This document shows positions 32,223 through 42,412 of a stretch of DNA of 64,000 bases, in pieces. Both the position numbers and the translations under genes were made by a program. The stretch spans positions 1,383,783 through 1,447,782 of the forward strand of contig CAVOKF010000007.1 in the NCBI GenBank assembly GCA_963696385.1. Reading direction: 5' to 3'. The stretch comes from an uncultured delta proteobacterium (GTDB lineage Bacteria; Myxococcota_A; Polyangia; Polyangiales; Polyangiaceae). How positions within the stretch are numbered: the first letter of the stretch is position 1; each line of letters opens with the position of its first letter. The notes below the pieces were generated by a model. That model was not told the origin of the DNA. It ran no database searches and worked only from the letters and a program-made list of their open reading frames with translations.

Positions 32223-33698
32223 CATAAGTTGGTACTTAGGGATTCGGGATGGCGCTCGCTACCACACAAGTGCGAGTGGCTCGAGGCCCATAGCGAGACG
32301 TCCGCGCTTTCGATCGCGAGCAGGATGAGCGCGGCGCGCGTTGGAATCGAGGAACTTGAGCGTTTCGGCGAGGGCACGACGTAGTTGGCGCGGCGAGTCG
32401 AGAAGGCCGCGGAGGACATCGTCGAAGTAATGCTTGCCGGACGCGGCGGCTCGCTGGGTCGAAAGCTCCACCCCCAGCGACGCTTCCGCGAAGTGTGCGA
32501 GCGAGCGTTTCAGAAGGGCTGCGAGCAAGCTCGCCCATATCATCGCTTTCGCGATAGCGGCCTTGCCCGTATCGAAGGCATGAAGGTTGGCGTGGGATTT
32601 GAACTCTTTGAACAGGAGTTCCACCTGCCAGCGGAGGCGATACAAGCCGGCCACGTCGGCGGCGGAGAAGCGCTTGCGAGCGAGGTTGCTGTGCAGGTAC
32701 ACGAACGTCTTCGCGTTGCGCTTGCCGCGCTTGTAGATCGCCACAATTCGCCCGCGATACACGAATGAATTCGCCTGCCATTCGATGTCGAGATCGACCG
32801 TCTGGGCCGGAAGCAGGTCCCAGTTCAACTTCTGGCCGAGCAACTTGGGGATGGATTTGCCGGCGCTGTCGAAAGCGGCCCGAATGGTGGGTCGAATGTT
32901 TTTGGTTCCGCGGACGATGAAGGCGCCGCCCGCTTGGTCGACGTCGAAAAAGAATGTTCGCTCCTCGTACCCTCGGTCGGCCAGAAAGAGCCGCTCGCGA
33001 AGACTCGCGGCCTCGGGACGGTAGGTTCGCTCGGTCTCCTTGTCGGCCGTCAGGGCGACGATGCGCACATCGTCTTGGAGCAGACTCATCGTGACGTGCA
33101 GTTCCACGGCGGCTGGCGAGATTTTTGTAAAGCGGCCCGGCCATGTGCCTTTCAAGTCGTCCTTGAGCGCGAACGACGTCCCGTCGTGAATGACGATGTC
33201 CCGAAAGGTCGACAGTTTGGGGGACACGGCGTGCAGAACCGGCTGGCTCATCTTCTGTACCGTCGCTTCCAGCAGCATCCGAAACATCTCTGGAAAGGAC
33301 GCTTGCGCGAGCCGGTTGTGAAAGGGCTTATATCGCAGCGAAAGGCCCGCGAATTTCCGGAACGTCCGCAGAATATCGGCCAACCACTTGGCGTGGCCCG
33401 ACCCGAGCGTCGACAGCACCGCCACGACCATCGCCAGCGGCATCACCTTGCGCACTCGCCGTAGCCAGCCGCTACGTCTCGCGATCGCGGTCACCTGCTC
33501 CTCGCCGAGTACTTCCGTAAGCCGTTTCGCATACACGCCGACTCCGGCGCGTGTACTGTTTGATCCGTGCATCGGGGGTCTCCTTTCGCGTTGTCTCACA
33601 ACAGCGTCTAGAGAATCCCCGATGCCTTTGACTATCCAATTCGTGCACTATGCACGTAAGTGATCGAGATCACTCGGGAAATAAAGATCCTACCTATG
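32223..33698 (-). mobile_element. IS4-family element copy 2
   Basis: Same IRs; 10-bp TSD AGAAGGCCCT. Confidence 0.95.
32259..33572 (-). CDS. IS4 transposase
   Basis: Protein identical to copy 1. Confidence 0.95.
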   Translation of the reverse strand: MHGSNSTRAGVGVYAKRLTEVLGEEQVTAIARRSGWLRRVRKVMPLAMVVAVLSTLGSGHAKWLADILRTFRKFAGLSLRYKPFHNRLAQASFPEMFRMLLEATVQKMSQPVLHAVSPKLSTFRDIVIHDGTSFALKDDLKGTWPGRFTKISPAAVELHVTMSLLQDDVRIVALTADKETERTYRPEAASLRERLFLADRGYEERTFFFDVDQAGGAFIVRGTKNIRPTIRAAFDSAGKSIPKLLGQKLNWDLLPAQTVDLDIEWQANSFVYRGRIVAIYKRGKRNAKTFVYLHSNLARKRFSAADVAGLYRLRWQVELLFKEFKSHANLHAFDTGKAAIAKAMIWASLLAALLKRSLAHFAEASLGVELSTQRAAASGKHYFDDVLRGLLDSPRQLRRALAETLKFLDSNARRAHPARDRKRGRLAMGLEPLALVW

Positions 33699-33794
33699 AG
33701 AAGGCCCTAAGGAATGGGTGCAGGGTATCCCATCCCCGACTGACGTGGTTTCGAGCCCGGCCAGGGTCGTGTACGCGCGATACCGGAGGTCGCG

Positions 33795-34118
33795 ATGGAC
33801 CGACGGCTGCGAAGTGGCGGGCAACAGTGGACGGAGCGGGAGGCGCGGGAGGCTTTGGCGGAGCTGCAGGACCGCGGCGAGAGCGTGGCGGCCTTCGCGC
33901 AGCGACGGGGGATGTCGGTGCAGCGGGTTTACTACTGGCGAAGGCGCCTGAGGGAGACGGCTGCGCCGGCGTTCGTGGCGATGCCGCTCACGGCGGTGGC
34001 GAGCGATCAGATCGAGATCTGCTCGGAGGGCATCACAGTGCGCGTTCGCGAGGGCATTGCGGCCGAGCATCTGGCCAACGTCGTAGAGGCGCTGACGCAG
34101 CGTGGGCGCCGATGCTGA
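33795..34118 (+). CDS. tnpA: IS66 accessory protein TnpA
   Basis: [21 protein letters not shown]. Confidence 0.9.
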   Translation: MDRRLRSGGQQWTEREAREALAELQDRGESVAAFAQRRGMSVQRVYYWRRRLRETAAPAFVAMPLTAVASDQIEICSEGITVRVREGIAAEHLANVVEALTQRGRRC

Positions 34119-34474
34119 CGCTGCCTCCCGGTGTCCGGGTGTTCGTGGCGACCGCGCGAGTCGATGGTCGCAAGGGCATTGACGGTTTATCCACGCTGGT
34201 GCGATCGCAATTCGCCGAGGATCCGCTGTCGGGTTCGATGTACGTGTTCTTCTCGCGGCGCGCCGATCGTGTTCGAGTTCTCTATTTTGACCGCGACGGA
34301 TACGTGCTGATCACAAAGCGATTGGAGCGCGGCACATTTCGCCTTCCCTGGCCCGCGGAGCGGGGACGCATCGTCCTGGAGGCCGCCGAGCTGCTGCTCG
34401 TGCTCGAGGGAATCGAGTTGCGGGGCGCGCGACGTCGACCGCGGTGGTCATCCCCATCGCGTGCCGCGTTGTAA
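34112..34474 (+). CDS. tnpB: IS66 accessory protein TnpB
   Basis: [22 protein letters not shown]. Confidence 0.92.
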   Translation: MLTLPPGVRVFVATARVDGRKGIDGLSTLVRSQFAEDPLSGSMYVFFSRRADRVRVLYFDRDGYVLITKRLERGTFRLPWPAERGRIVLEAAELLLVLEGIELRGARRRPRWSSPSRAAL

Positions 34475-34599
34475 CGGACACAGCGCAGGACCCGCTCGAC
34501 GGCTTGCGTGTGCGGGTGCGGCGCACTTTGTGAGATCGATCGACAAGCCACAATCGAATTGCCTTTCCATAATTGCGCGACTGCGGCAAAGCAGATCTC

Positions 34600-36204
34600 G
34601 TGTCCACGCCGCGAGAGCCGCCGGTGACCAACGTGATCGATCCCGACCTCGACACGGTTCGCCGCTTCATCCTGGACATGCTGTCGCGTGGCGCCATCGC
34701 GGAGCTGATCGCCGCAATCCTCGGTCTGCTGACGCGCATGCGCGACCTCAACACGGAGCTGATGAGGAAGCTGTCGAGTCAGTCGCGCAAGCGTCCACCG
34801 AATGAGACGATGCGGCGGCTGCAGCTCGAGCTGCCGCTGCTGTGGACGCCAGCGGCCAACGACGGTGCGAAGCCGGCGGGCCCACCGGCGGGCGACAAGC
34901 CCAAGAGCAAGCGGGAGCCCAAGAAGCGTCACGCGCATGGGCGACCGCAACTGCCTGCACATCTGCCGCGAGTCCCGCAGAAACACGAAGTGCCGGAGGC
35001 TCAGCGCATCTGTCCGCACTGCGGCGTGGAGCTCAAGTCCTTGGGCTTCAAGACCACCGCCGAGAAGCTCGATATCCGGCCCGCCGAATACATCGCCGTG
35101 CAGACCCAAGTCGAGACCTGCGCGTGCCCCAAATGCCGACATCATATTTGCACCGCACCCAAGCCCGACGAGGTGGTCGACCGCGGCATTGTCGGCAACG
35201 AGTTGCTCGTGCAGGCGATGGTCGACCATTACGAAGACGCGGTTCCGTTCGAGCGCATGGAGCGCCATGCCAGGCAGCAGGGGGTTCCTCTCGCCGCCAA
35301 CACGCTCGCGTCGAGCGTCGGACGCCTCATCGACCTGTTCGATCCGGTCGTCCAACACATCCGTGCGGCGTGCCTGACATCGGCCTATACGGCGCTGGAC
35401 GCGACGCGCATGCCGGTGCTCGACTCGCTGCACCCGCTCGGGATCAAGAGCGGCGCGTTGTGGCTGATCGAAGGCGACCATCGCTATGCGTGCTTCGTGT
35501 ATGCGCCGACGGGCCACGACGATTACATCGAGGACCTGTTGTTCGGGCACACGCTCGGCAGCGTGATGTGCGACGGCTCGCCCACTAACAATTGCGTTGA
35601 GCGCGCGGGCGGACGGCGAGGCGGCTGCAACGCGCACGGCCGCCGCAGGCTCGTGGCCGCCCTGCGTGCAGGCGATACGCGCGCCGCCGATGGCCTGAAG
35701 CTCTACGGCATGCTCTTTCACATCGAGGCGGAGTCCAAGCGCCTCGGTGAGAGTATCGAGCAGCGCTTCGCCCGCCGGTGCAACGACAGCGTGCCGCTAG
35801 TCGGCGCGCTTCGCGCGTGGATCGATGAGCTTCGCCCGCAGGTCGAGCCCAAGAGCCAGCTGGGCCAGGCACTCGGTTATTTGCACAGGCAGTGGGAGCG
35901 TCTGACCGCCTTTTTGCGCGACCCGCTCATGGAGATGACCAATAACGAGGTCGAGGGGGACCTGCGCACCTGGATCCTCAATCGAAAAACGTGGCTATTC
36001 GTGGGCCACGACGAAAGCGCGGGCCGCGCCGCCGCCGCCCTCACTCTGATCGTCACCTGCAAGAAGCTCGGCATCCAGCCGCGCCGCTACCTGCGCGAAA
36101 CCCTCGCGAAGATCCTCGGCGGCGAAAAGGATCTCACCGCACTCTTGCCCGAGACGTATGCCGCCTTGCAGGCCGAGCGTGCCGCTCCGGCCGCTGCGGC
36201 GTAG
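34600..36204 (+). CDS. tnpC: IS66 transposase TnpC
   Basis: GRPQLPAHLPR, CPHCG, LDAT, CDG, CNAHGRR, TNNEVE, RKTWLF. Confidence 0.93.
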   Translation: MSTPREPPVTNVIDPDLDTVRRFILDMLSRGAIAELIAAILGLLTRMRDLNTELMRKLSSQSRKRPPNETMRRLQLELPLLWTPAANDGAKPAGPPAGDKPKSKREPKKRHAHGRPQLPAHLPRVPQKHEVPEAQRICPHCGVELKSLGFKTTAEKLDIRPAEYIAVQTQVETCACPKCRHHICTAPKPDEVVDRGIVGNELLVQAMVDHYEDAVPFERMERHARQQGVPLAANTLASSVGRLIDLFDPVVQHIRAACLTSAYTALDATRMPVLDSLHPLGIKSGALWLIEGDHRYACFVYAPTGHDDYIEDLLFGHTLGSVMCDGSPTNNCVERAGGRRGGCNAHGRRRLVAALRAGDTRAADGLKLYGMLFHIEAESKRLGESIEQRFARRCNDSVPLVGALRAWIDELRPQVEPKSQLGQALGYLHRQWERLTAFLRDPLMEMTNNEVEGDLRTWILNRKTWLFVGHDESAGRAAAALTLIVTCKKLGIQPRRYLRETLAKILGGEKDLTALLPETYAALQAERAAPAAAA

Positions 36205-36268
36205 TCCGACGCTCGCGGCTTCTCGCTCGGACTTGACGCTCACGGCCGACCCATTCACCGTCGCCGGG

Positions 36269-36682
36269 ATGACGACCGACTCGACGGCCCGAGTGCTCGA
36301 CGTCGGCGGCCCATTGTTCCTGCACGAGCGCCCGCCCTACGAGCCGATGCCGGCTTGCGGCCGGGGCGTGTGCGTTGAAATGGCCGCCGACGTGGCTACG
36401 GCCGGCGATTCGATCCTCGTATCGCTCCGTCCTATGGAGCGGCACGACGGGGGACCGGCCGTGGTGGATCTCCAACGCGTTCACGCGGCCGTGTCGCTCA
36501 CGACCGGTCAGTGCGCCCCACGCGACGCGACCGCCGAGCGCTACCTCGCCGAGCATCCGTGGATCGTCGCCGCCCTGGCATCTCAGCTCGACCTGTTTCG
36601 GCGACGCCGCTGCACTGGGCCGCACAACGCGATCGCAGCTCGTCCCGAGCCGCGCTCAACCGCGTTCAACCCGGTGCGATGA
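36269..36682 (+). CDS. Hypothetical passenger protein
   Basis: ATGA overlap with the next ORF; inside the IS66 ends. Confidence 0.55.
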   Translation: MTTDSTARVLDVGGPLFLHERPPYEPMPACGRGVCVEMAADVATAGDSILVSLRPMERHDGGPAVVDLQRVHAAVSLTTGQCAPRDATAERYLAEHPWIVAALASQLDLFRRRRCTGPHNAIAARPEPRSTAFNPVR

Positions 36683-37134
36683 TCCCGCACGACCGGCTGT
36701 TTCCCCACGATTGGGATCTGATTGTCGGGCATCACGGACGCATGTATTGGGCAACCGATCAGCACTGCCCCAACGCGGCGTGCTCCTGCCGTGAGATCGT
36801 CGTTCAGCTCCACGACCTCAACGCCGCCTCTACCCGACCGGTGGGCCAGCTACGGATCGACCTGCAATCCGGCAAGCCTCATTCGAAGGCATCGTCGCCG
36901 TTGGCCGCGCAATTGTTCGATCCCCTCTGGGCTCAATACAGTGTTGAGCTGACCCGGCGTCACGACGAAGTCCGGCGAGTCGTTGTCGCGCATGCGGCTT
37001 CCCGCGGTGAAACTCGAGCGACCACCCCGGGCCGCAACGCGCCCTGCCCATGCGGCTCAGGCAACAAGTTCAAACGGTGTTGCGCGCTCGACGAAAGCGC
37101 CGGCAGCCACCACTCTCCCAGCACCCAACGCTAG
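36679..37134 (+). CDS. SEC-C motif protein
   Basis: HCPNAACSC and GRNAPCPCGSGNKFKRCC. Confidence 0.85.
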   Translation: MIPHDRLFPHDWDLIVGHHGRMYWATDQHCPNAACSCREIVVQLHDLNAASTRPVGQLRIDLQSGKPHSKASSPLAAQLFDPLWAQYSVELTRRHDEVRRVVVAHAASRGETRATTPGRNAPCPCGSGNKFKRCCALDESAGSHHSPSTQR

Positions 37135-37191
37135 CCGGCGCCTGCCAGAAAATTCGCACCCCTTCAAGCACGGCAACCGCCGAGGGGATAC

Positions 37192-37746
37192 GACGCGACG
37201 TGGTGCCGAGCCCGCCCGAGACGGCTCCCGCCTGCCCCCGCGCGCCCACTTCACCGCCGGTGTCGAGCGCGGCCAAGCCGATCACCGGCCCGATAACGCA
37301 TCCGAGCTCTGCGCGCCCCGAGGCGGCGGCGCCGACAGCGGGCAAAGTCGAGAGTGCGGCGCCGGCCGGCGTTTCCTCGACGAAGGCGGGGCCGGCCACA
37401 CTGCCCATCTTCGCGCTCCGGGGAGAGGTCATCGCGCTCGCGCCAAACGTGCTTGCCGTCAGCCACTGGGAACGGCTCCTCGGCGGCGCCATCTACGCGG
37501 CCTCGCCTCGCGTGGACTGGCCCACGCTCTTGAGGCGAACGTTTGACGTCGACGTTCTGCAATGTCCGAAGTGCCACGGCCGACTGCGGGTGCTCGCCGT
37601 CATCACCGAGCGCGAGCCCGTGCGCCAGAATCCTCGCCCATCTCGGCCTGCCGACCGAGGCGCCGCCCGTCGCCCGGGCCCGCGACCCGACCGACGATGC
37701 GCAAGACGCCGAGCCGTCAGACCAACTCGAGCTCCAGCTCGCGTGA
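37192..37746 (+). pseudogene. IS91 transposase C-terminal remnant
   Basis: DWPTLLRRTFDVDVLQCPKCHGRL...QLELQLA*; cut by IS66. Confidence 0.82.
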
Positions 37747-37813
37747 ACGACGAGCCCCGAGAGCGGCCACGCGGATGCGGCGCCGCGCGGGCGACGTGCG
37801 CTTTGGATGTGGT

Positions 37814-37923
37814 CAATTGGGACGGCGCTTTCAATGACAACGAGCGCCCCAAAGGCCTTTTATGTGACCGCGGCGGTTTCCGCGTCTCTTCGTCGGCCGA
37901 CAAGCTTTGCGCCGCCTACTCGC
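37814..37923 (+). repeat. oriIS-like module M4 (native end of the IS91 remnant)
   Basis: Identical to 52953-53062. Confidence 0.9.
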
Positions 37924-37932
37924 CCCCGCCTT

Positions 37933-38041
37933 GGCCGGTCGGGAATTTCACCCGCGGACGGTTACGTGAGGTTTCCGCTCTTACATGTCTTCCTCCTCAC
38001 CCAGGCTTCGCCTGGCGCACTTGAAAGCGCCGTCCCAATTG
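37933..38041 (-). repeat. Divergent module M5, head-to-head with M4
   Basis: First 21 nt identical to M4 (CAATTGGGACGGCGCTTTCAA); far end GCGGGTGAAATTCCCGAC. Confidence 0.65.
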
Positions 38042-38055
38042 ACCGCCCGTCGCAT

Positions 38056-38412
38056 CTACTCGTCGCCTGAGGCGTCGCCACCTCCCAAGTCTGCCGAACT
38101 CGTCTCGATCGCGCACCCCCACTCACCTCCGGACGACGGGCAGATGAACGGTGCGCCGTCGGGATGTGTCGGCGGGCACATCCCTTCCGGATGACTCTGA
38201 GTGCATTGTCCGTTTGAATACCCGGCTGGCGGACAAAGCGTTCCGTCGTCGACGCCTACCGCTTCGGTCGCCGTGAGTGGCCCACGTGATGCCGAACAAT
38301 ACACCGAAGGTGTGGCTGCCTGTTCAGTCGATGCCGACGTCATCGGACTATGACCAGCACAAGATGCCAGACAAAGAACCGTCACCGTCGATAAGATCTG
38401 CCGCATGGCCAT
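38056..38412 (-). CDS. Small Cys-rich lipoprotein
   Basis: VLCLASC lipobox. Confidence 0.75.
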   Translation of the reverse strand: MAMRQILSTVTVLCLASCAGHSPMTSASTEQAATPSVYCSASRGPLTATEAVGVDDGTLCPPAGYSNGQCTQSHPEGMCPPTHPDGAPFICPSSGGEWGCAIETSSADLGGGDASGDE

Positions 38413-38517
38413 TGTCTTTCCACCCTCCTCAGGTGCGCCGTCAGACCCCCGAGAGCTTTTCGAGCTCCTCCAATCCACTTGGAAAGCTTACCCCACCCCA
38501 AGACGAAGCGCAAGTCG

Positions 38518-39525
38518 CTAATTCACCCAGTTTAGAACTGTTTCATATTCATCTACGAATGGATCGTACTGGCACTGCGGCGACAACCCGGTGTTTTTAA
38601 ACCAAAACCATTGCACGAGAGACTGAGCGTTGTTGAAGCTGTTCCAGGAAGGACCAGCCTCCTGGACAGCATTCATAAAAAAACTGACGGAGTTCGAGGG
38701 AGAGAGGTCTACGCAAGAGCTCAGAGGACCGAGGTTGCTCCCATAGCCCTCAAGTATACCCATCTGGGCAAAATTGAACTTGGGCCACGACGACGGAAGG
38801 TTATAGACATCGAGCGAGGCCCAGGCGCCGCTGTCCTCATCGGTCACTTTGATATTCCAGGCGTCGAGATTGGCGGCATACTGCGTCATTGCGCCCTCGA
38901 TGTAGTCACCAGGCTGGACCGTCTCAGAACCCGTGTGAAAGAAGACCTGCGGGCCGCTGCCTGTATTTTCTACCATCCACGAGCCGATGGTCCAATACTC
39001 CCCCGATTGATATCCCGAAACATTGCTGTTCCCCCATTGGAGCACGGGTTGAATGATAGCAACCCAACTATTGCTGACATTTTCAAGACCCGGGAACAGA
39101 TACACGATGTTAGGGTCATTGGCGGGAAGATTCGGTTTTGCAGGAACCACCCAGTCCACTGAAAGGGAATCAAACTGCGTAAGCCCGCTTATGGTGGTGG
39201 CATTTCCTTCCGCACCTTCGTACCAACCACCGCCTCCCGTCGGAGCGACTCCGTTTGAAGACACGTAATTCGGATTCTGAACCGGGACGGTAACGGTAAT
39301 GGTGCACGGATCGTAGTGGGCTACAAGAGCACCGTTCAACATCACGTTCATCGCTCCCACATCGACGCTACCACCCGCCGGGACCTCGTGCACGCAGCTT
39401 TCATCAGCGGGCCCGAAGGGTGTTATGGCCACTCCGGCGAGCACCTGGACGGGAATCGCCACGCTTCCCAAAGCCGTAGCGAGTCCGACACTTAATCGCT
39501 TCGTTGTGCACAACATGAAACTCAC
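38518..39525 (-). CDS. Secreted protein, possibly a G1/eqolisin-fold glutamic peptidase
   Basis: Signal peptide; TPFG..SCVHEVP pro-region; WVVP, LFPGLE, IIQPVL, VQPGD, ILEGY; lower GC. Confidence 0.7.
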   Translation of the reverse strand: MSFMLCTTKRLSVGLATALGSVAIPVQVLAGVAITPFGPADESCVHEVPAGGSVDVGAMNVMLNGALVAHYDPCTITVTVPVQNPNYVSSNGVAPTGGGGWYEGAEGNATTISGLTQFDSLSVDWVVPAKPNLPANDPNIVYLFPGLENVSNSWVAIIQPVLQWGNSNVSGYQSGEYWTIGSWMVENTGSGPQVFFHTGSETVQPGDYIEGAMTQYAANLDAWNIKVTDEDSGAWASLDVYNLPSSWPKFNFAQMGILEGYGSNLGPLSSCVDLSPSNSVSFFMNAVQEAGPSWNSFNNAQSLVQWFWFKNTGLSPQCQYDPFVDEYETVLNWVN

Positions 39526-39829
39526 CCCTTTTTTGTTGACTTCGTTATTGGTTATAGATGAGGAAAGTCAAAAGCGCATCCCTCCTTCGGGGCGCACTTG
39601 ATGACAGAACCGTTCCACCCGGCGGCATCGGATACGTCACATGAGACGATCATTCGTCAACTGACAAAATCGAGCGTCGCGAGTACAGGTGATTACATTT
39701 GGCTCTTGTCTAAAAGGGTATTCACCTGGAAATTGGGCCCGCGGAGCGGAGGATATTTTCAAGCGGAGTGGGATTATTTGCAATTCGCGGAAGGACTCTC
39801 TTCTCAGTGGTGAACTTATTCTTGAGGAA

Positions 39830-40570
39830 CGTACCGGGTCCAGGTGCAAATGCACTATGTGGCGGGGTCGCATCCGCAATATAGTCAAGATGCAGGCCGC
39901 CAAGCACCGGAAATCGGACGACCTTCCCGTCGCTGGGGCGCACGGCGGGCACAGGCGTCTGCCGGCGGAGGCCCTGGTGAGGGCGTGCGGCGTTGAAGTA
40001 GCGGATGTACTCGGCGACCACGCGGTGGTGCAAGTGCCGGTCGTCAAGCACCAGGATGTGGTCGAGGCACTCGCTACGCAGCGAGCCGAGAAAGCGTTTG
40101 CAGATGGCGTTCATGTTGGGGCCGCGCACCGCCGTGTGGATCACGCGGAGGCCGGTGGCAAGGGCCAGCGCATCAAGGGCGGTCCCAAACTTGTCGTCTC
40201 GGTCGGGAATCAAGAACTTCGGTGCCACGCCGAGGGGGGTCGCGTTACGAAGCGGCTGCGCGACCCATGCCTGTGACTGCATAGGCGTCGTTGCGGCGAA
40301 CACGACGTTGCGCGTGGCCAGTTCGATGAACACGAACATGAAGATGGGCGGAAGAACAAGTCGTAGGCTTACAAGAATCGCAAGCCCAGACGTCGCACGC
40401 GTGGTTTCGCAGAAACGTGGACCGGCGCTGCCCCCAGGCGGATGCGGTCGCGCCGCGCGCATGTACTTCTGCACCGTGCGCTTGCTGGCTTTGATTCCGA
40501 GCTTGCTCATTCTCCGCGAATCCTCTCCGCACCCCAAGCAAGTTTTCACGCGCCATCGAGCGGATCAGCG
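39830..40570 (-). pseudogene. rve/integrase-core transposase relic
   Basis: KLGIKASKRTVQKY, DRDDKF, PNMNAIC.RF.GSLR.ECLD, YFNAARPHQGL; frameshifted. Confidence 0.85.
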
Positions 40571-40688
40571 CCCTAATGGAGCCGCATCCCCCGCACGGGC
40601 GCAGCTGCCTCAGCAGTGACGAATTCCCGCGACTCAAGTGTTGCCGCGTGGCAACACTTCAATCCTCAGCGTGTGGTACGGTGGGGGC

Positions 40689-40886
40689 ATGTCGACGTCT
40701 GGGGGAGGGCACGAACTCGGGCACGCTGCGGCGGATGCGGTCGAGCTGGCGGTCCGACAGCTAAACGCCGTTTGCAGGCGCGCGACTTTGGAATTCGCGC
40801 TTTCGGTCGGTAAGGTCGTCCTTGACCGCATCTACGAAGGCGACCTGTCGCTGTTGCGAAGCCGAAACCCGCACAAGCAGGCGTCG
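40689..40886 (+). pseudogene. Hypothetical gene truncated by module M6
   Basis: Helical N-terminus runs straight into the module. Confidence 0.55.
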
Positions 40887-40995
40887 GTGAATAGGAAGTC
40901 CAAAGGCCGTCGACCGACGAAGAAACGCGGCGACCGCCGCAGTCACGTAGAACGGGGTAGGGCGTTCGTTCTCACTGCACCGGCGAACCGATTTG
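40887..40995 (-). repeat. oriIS-like module M6
   Basis: 109 bp identical to 41912-42020 and 55679-55787; rc ends GGCCTTTGGACTTCCTATTCAC. Confidence 0.92.
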
Positions 40996-41014
40996 GCGAC
41001 CGTCCACGCGAGGA

Positions 41015-41711
41015 TTCTTCCGTTCAGTGCGACGAGATCTGGTCGTTCGTAGGCGCGAAGGACAAGAACGTCCTTCCGGACGAAGCTGGCTTTGGAACCG
41101 GCTCGGTCTGGACGTGGACCGCGATCGACGCGGAATCGAAGCTCGTCGCAGCGTATCACGTCGGAGACACGCGACGCGGGATGCGCGTACGAGTTCATGC
41201 AGGACCTGGCCTCGCGCATCGCTACGCGGATCCAGCTCACCAGGGATGGCCATAAGGCGTACATCAGCGCGGTCGCCGATGCGTTCGGGCCTGGCGGCAT
41301 CGATTACGCAATGCTCGTGAAGCTGTATGGTGAGGTACCGCCTGGCGCCGCGCGTTACTCGCCAGCACAATGCATCGGCGCGAATTTGACGCCAATCGCA
41401 GGCGAGCCGGAGATGCAATACGTGTCGACGTCCCATGTCGAGCGGCAAAACCTGACGATGCGCATGTCGATGCGCCGTTTCACGCGATTGACCAACGGCT
41501 TTTCAAAGAAGGTCGAGAACCTCGGCCACGCTGTCGCGCTGCATTTCATGCACTACAACTTCTGCGGCATCCACCAGACTCTGCGCGTGACGCCTGCGAT
41601 GGTTGCTGGACTCGCCGACCACGTGTGGGAACTGAGCGAACTAATCGCGCTCATGCCGACGCCGATCGCGAAGGCTGGGGACGCGTCAAGCGGGCCGCCG
41701 CGACCGCGTAG
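41015..41711 (+). pseudogene. IS1-family transposase, N-terminally truncated and frameshifted
   Basis: QCDEIWSFV, WTWTAID, STSHVERQNLTMR..RFTRLTNGFSKK, TPAM. Confidence 0.85.
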
Positions 41712-41754
41712 CGGTACCATTGCGCTGCGCTCGGCTGCGCTTCAGCATGGGGCC

Positions 41755-41911
41755 ATGAAAAACTTATCTTGGATCGTTCTTATCCTCGCCGACTTCTGCA
41801 TCCCATTCCTCGGAGCAGGCTGCAGCACCGGCCCCTGCGGATCTGGCTCGCACCCCTACGGTGCTTGCCCCGGAGAGACGCTTCCCAACTCGTGCCCCGG
41901 CGAATCTGACG
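41755..41911 (+). pseudogene. Lipoprotein N-terminus truncated by module M7
   Basis: MKNLSWIVL...GAGC then the module. Confidence 0.6.
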
Positions 41912-42020
41912 GTGAATAGGAAGTCCAAAGGCCGTCGACCGACGAAGAAACGCGGCGACCGCCGCAGTCACGTAGAACGGGGTAGGGCGTTCGTTCTCAC
42001 TGCACCGGCGAACCGATTTG
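41912..42020 (-). repeat. oriIS-like module M7
   Basis: Identical to M6 and M10. Confidence 0.92.
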
Positions 42021-42235
42021 AGTAGAGGACGGCCGCCACAGCCGCCAACCGCTCTGCGCGCTCCGGCGCGCCCGGCGTCTCGAAGGGGATGTCCTCCGCG
42101 GCAACGCGGTTCTTGGCCCTTGTGATCGGCTGCTCCATCGCGACGTCGGTCACCAGGAACGCGCGCGCGATCTCCGGGACGGTGAGGCCGCAGACGATCC
42201 GCAACGCGAGAGCGATCTGCTGGGTGGCGAGAGGG
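42021..42235 (-). pseudogene. Internal fragment of an ECF sigma factor (region 4 plus start of a DUF6596-like domain)
   Basis: ALALRIVCGLTVPEIARAFLV...ITRAK...RLAAVAAVLY. Confidence 0.8.
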
Positions 42236-42412
42236 CGAGAATGTGCGCCGTACTCGGGCTCGAACCGTGGCTTCTTGCGCGGTTCGATATGTTGTTTCGG
42301 CAAACCGAAGCAAACGCTGAAGACGAGAGACGAGTCGCGCGCGCCTGTCGAGCCGAGCGTCGCCGGTCCTTGCGCTTGATCTCGACTCACGGCACATTGG
42401 TCAGCAAGGGAA

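Larger units (their letters stand above)
33725..37191 (+). mobile_element. IS66-family element carrying two passenger genes
   Basis: Ends GTATCCCATCCCCG / CGCCGAGGGGATAC enclose tnpABC plus 2 ORFs; no TSD. Confidence 0.75.

Noticed and set aside
32174..33724. Intact tRNA-Arg disrupted by IS4
   Set aside because: Removing IS4 does not restore a D-arm or 5' acceptor strand
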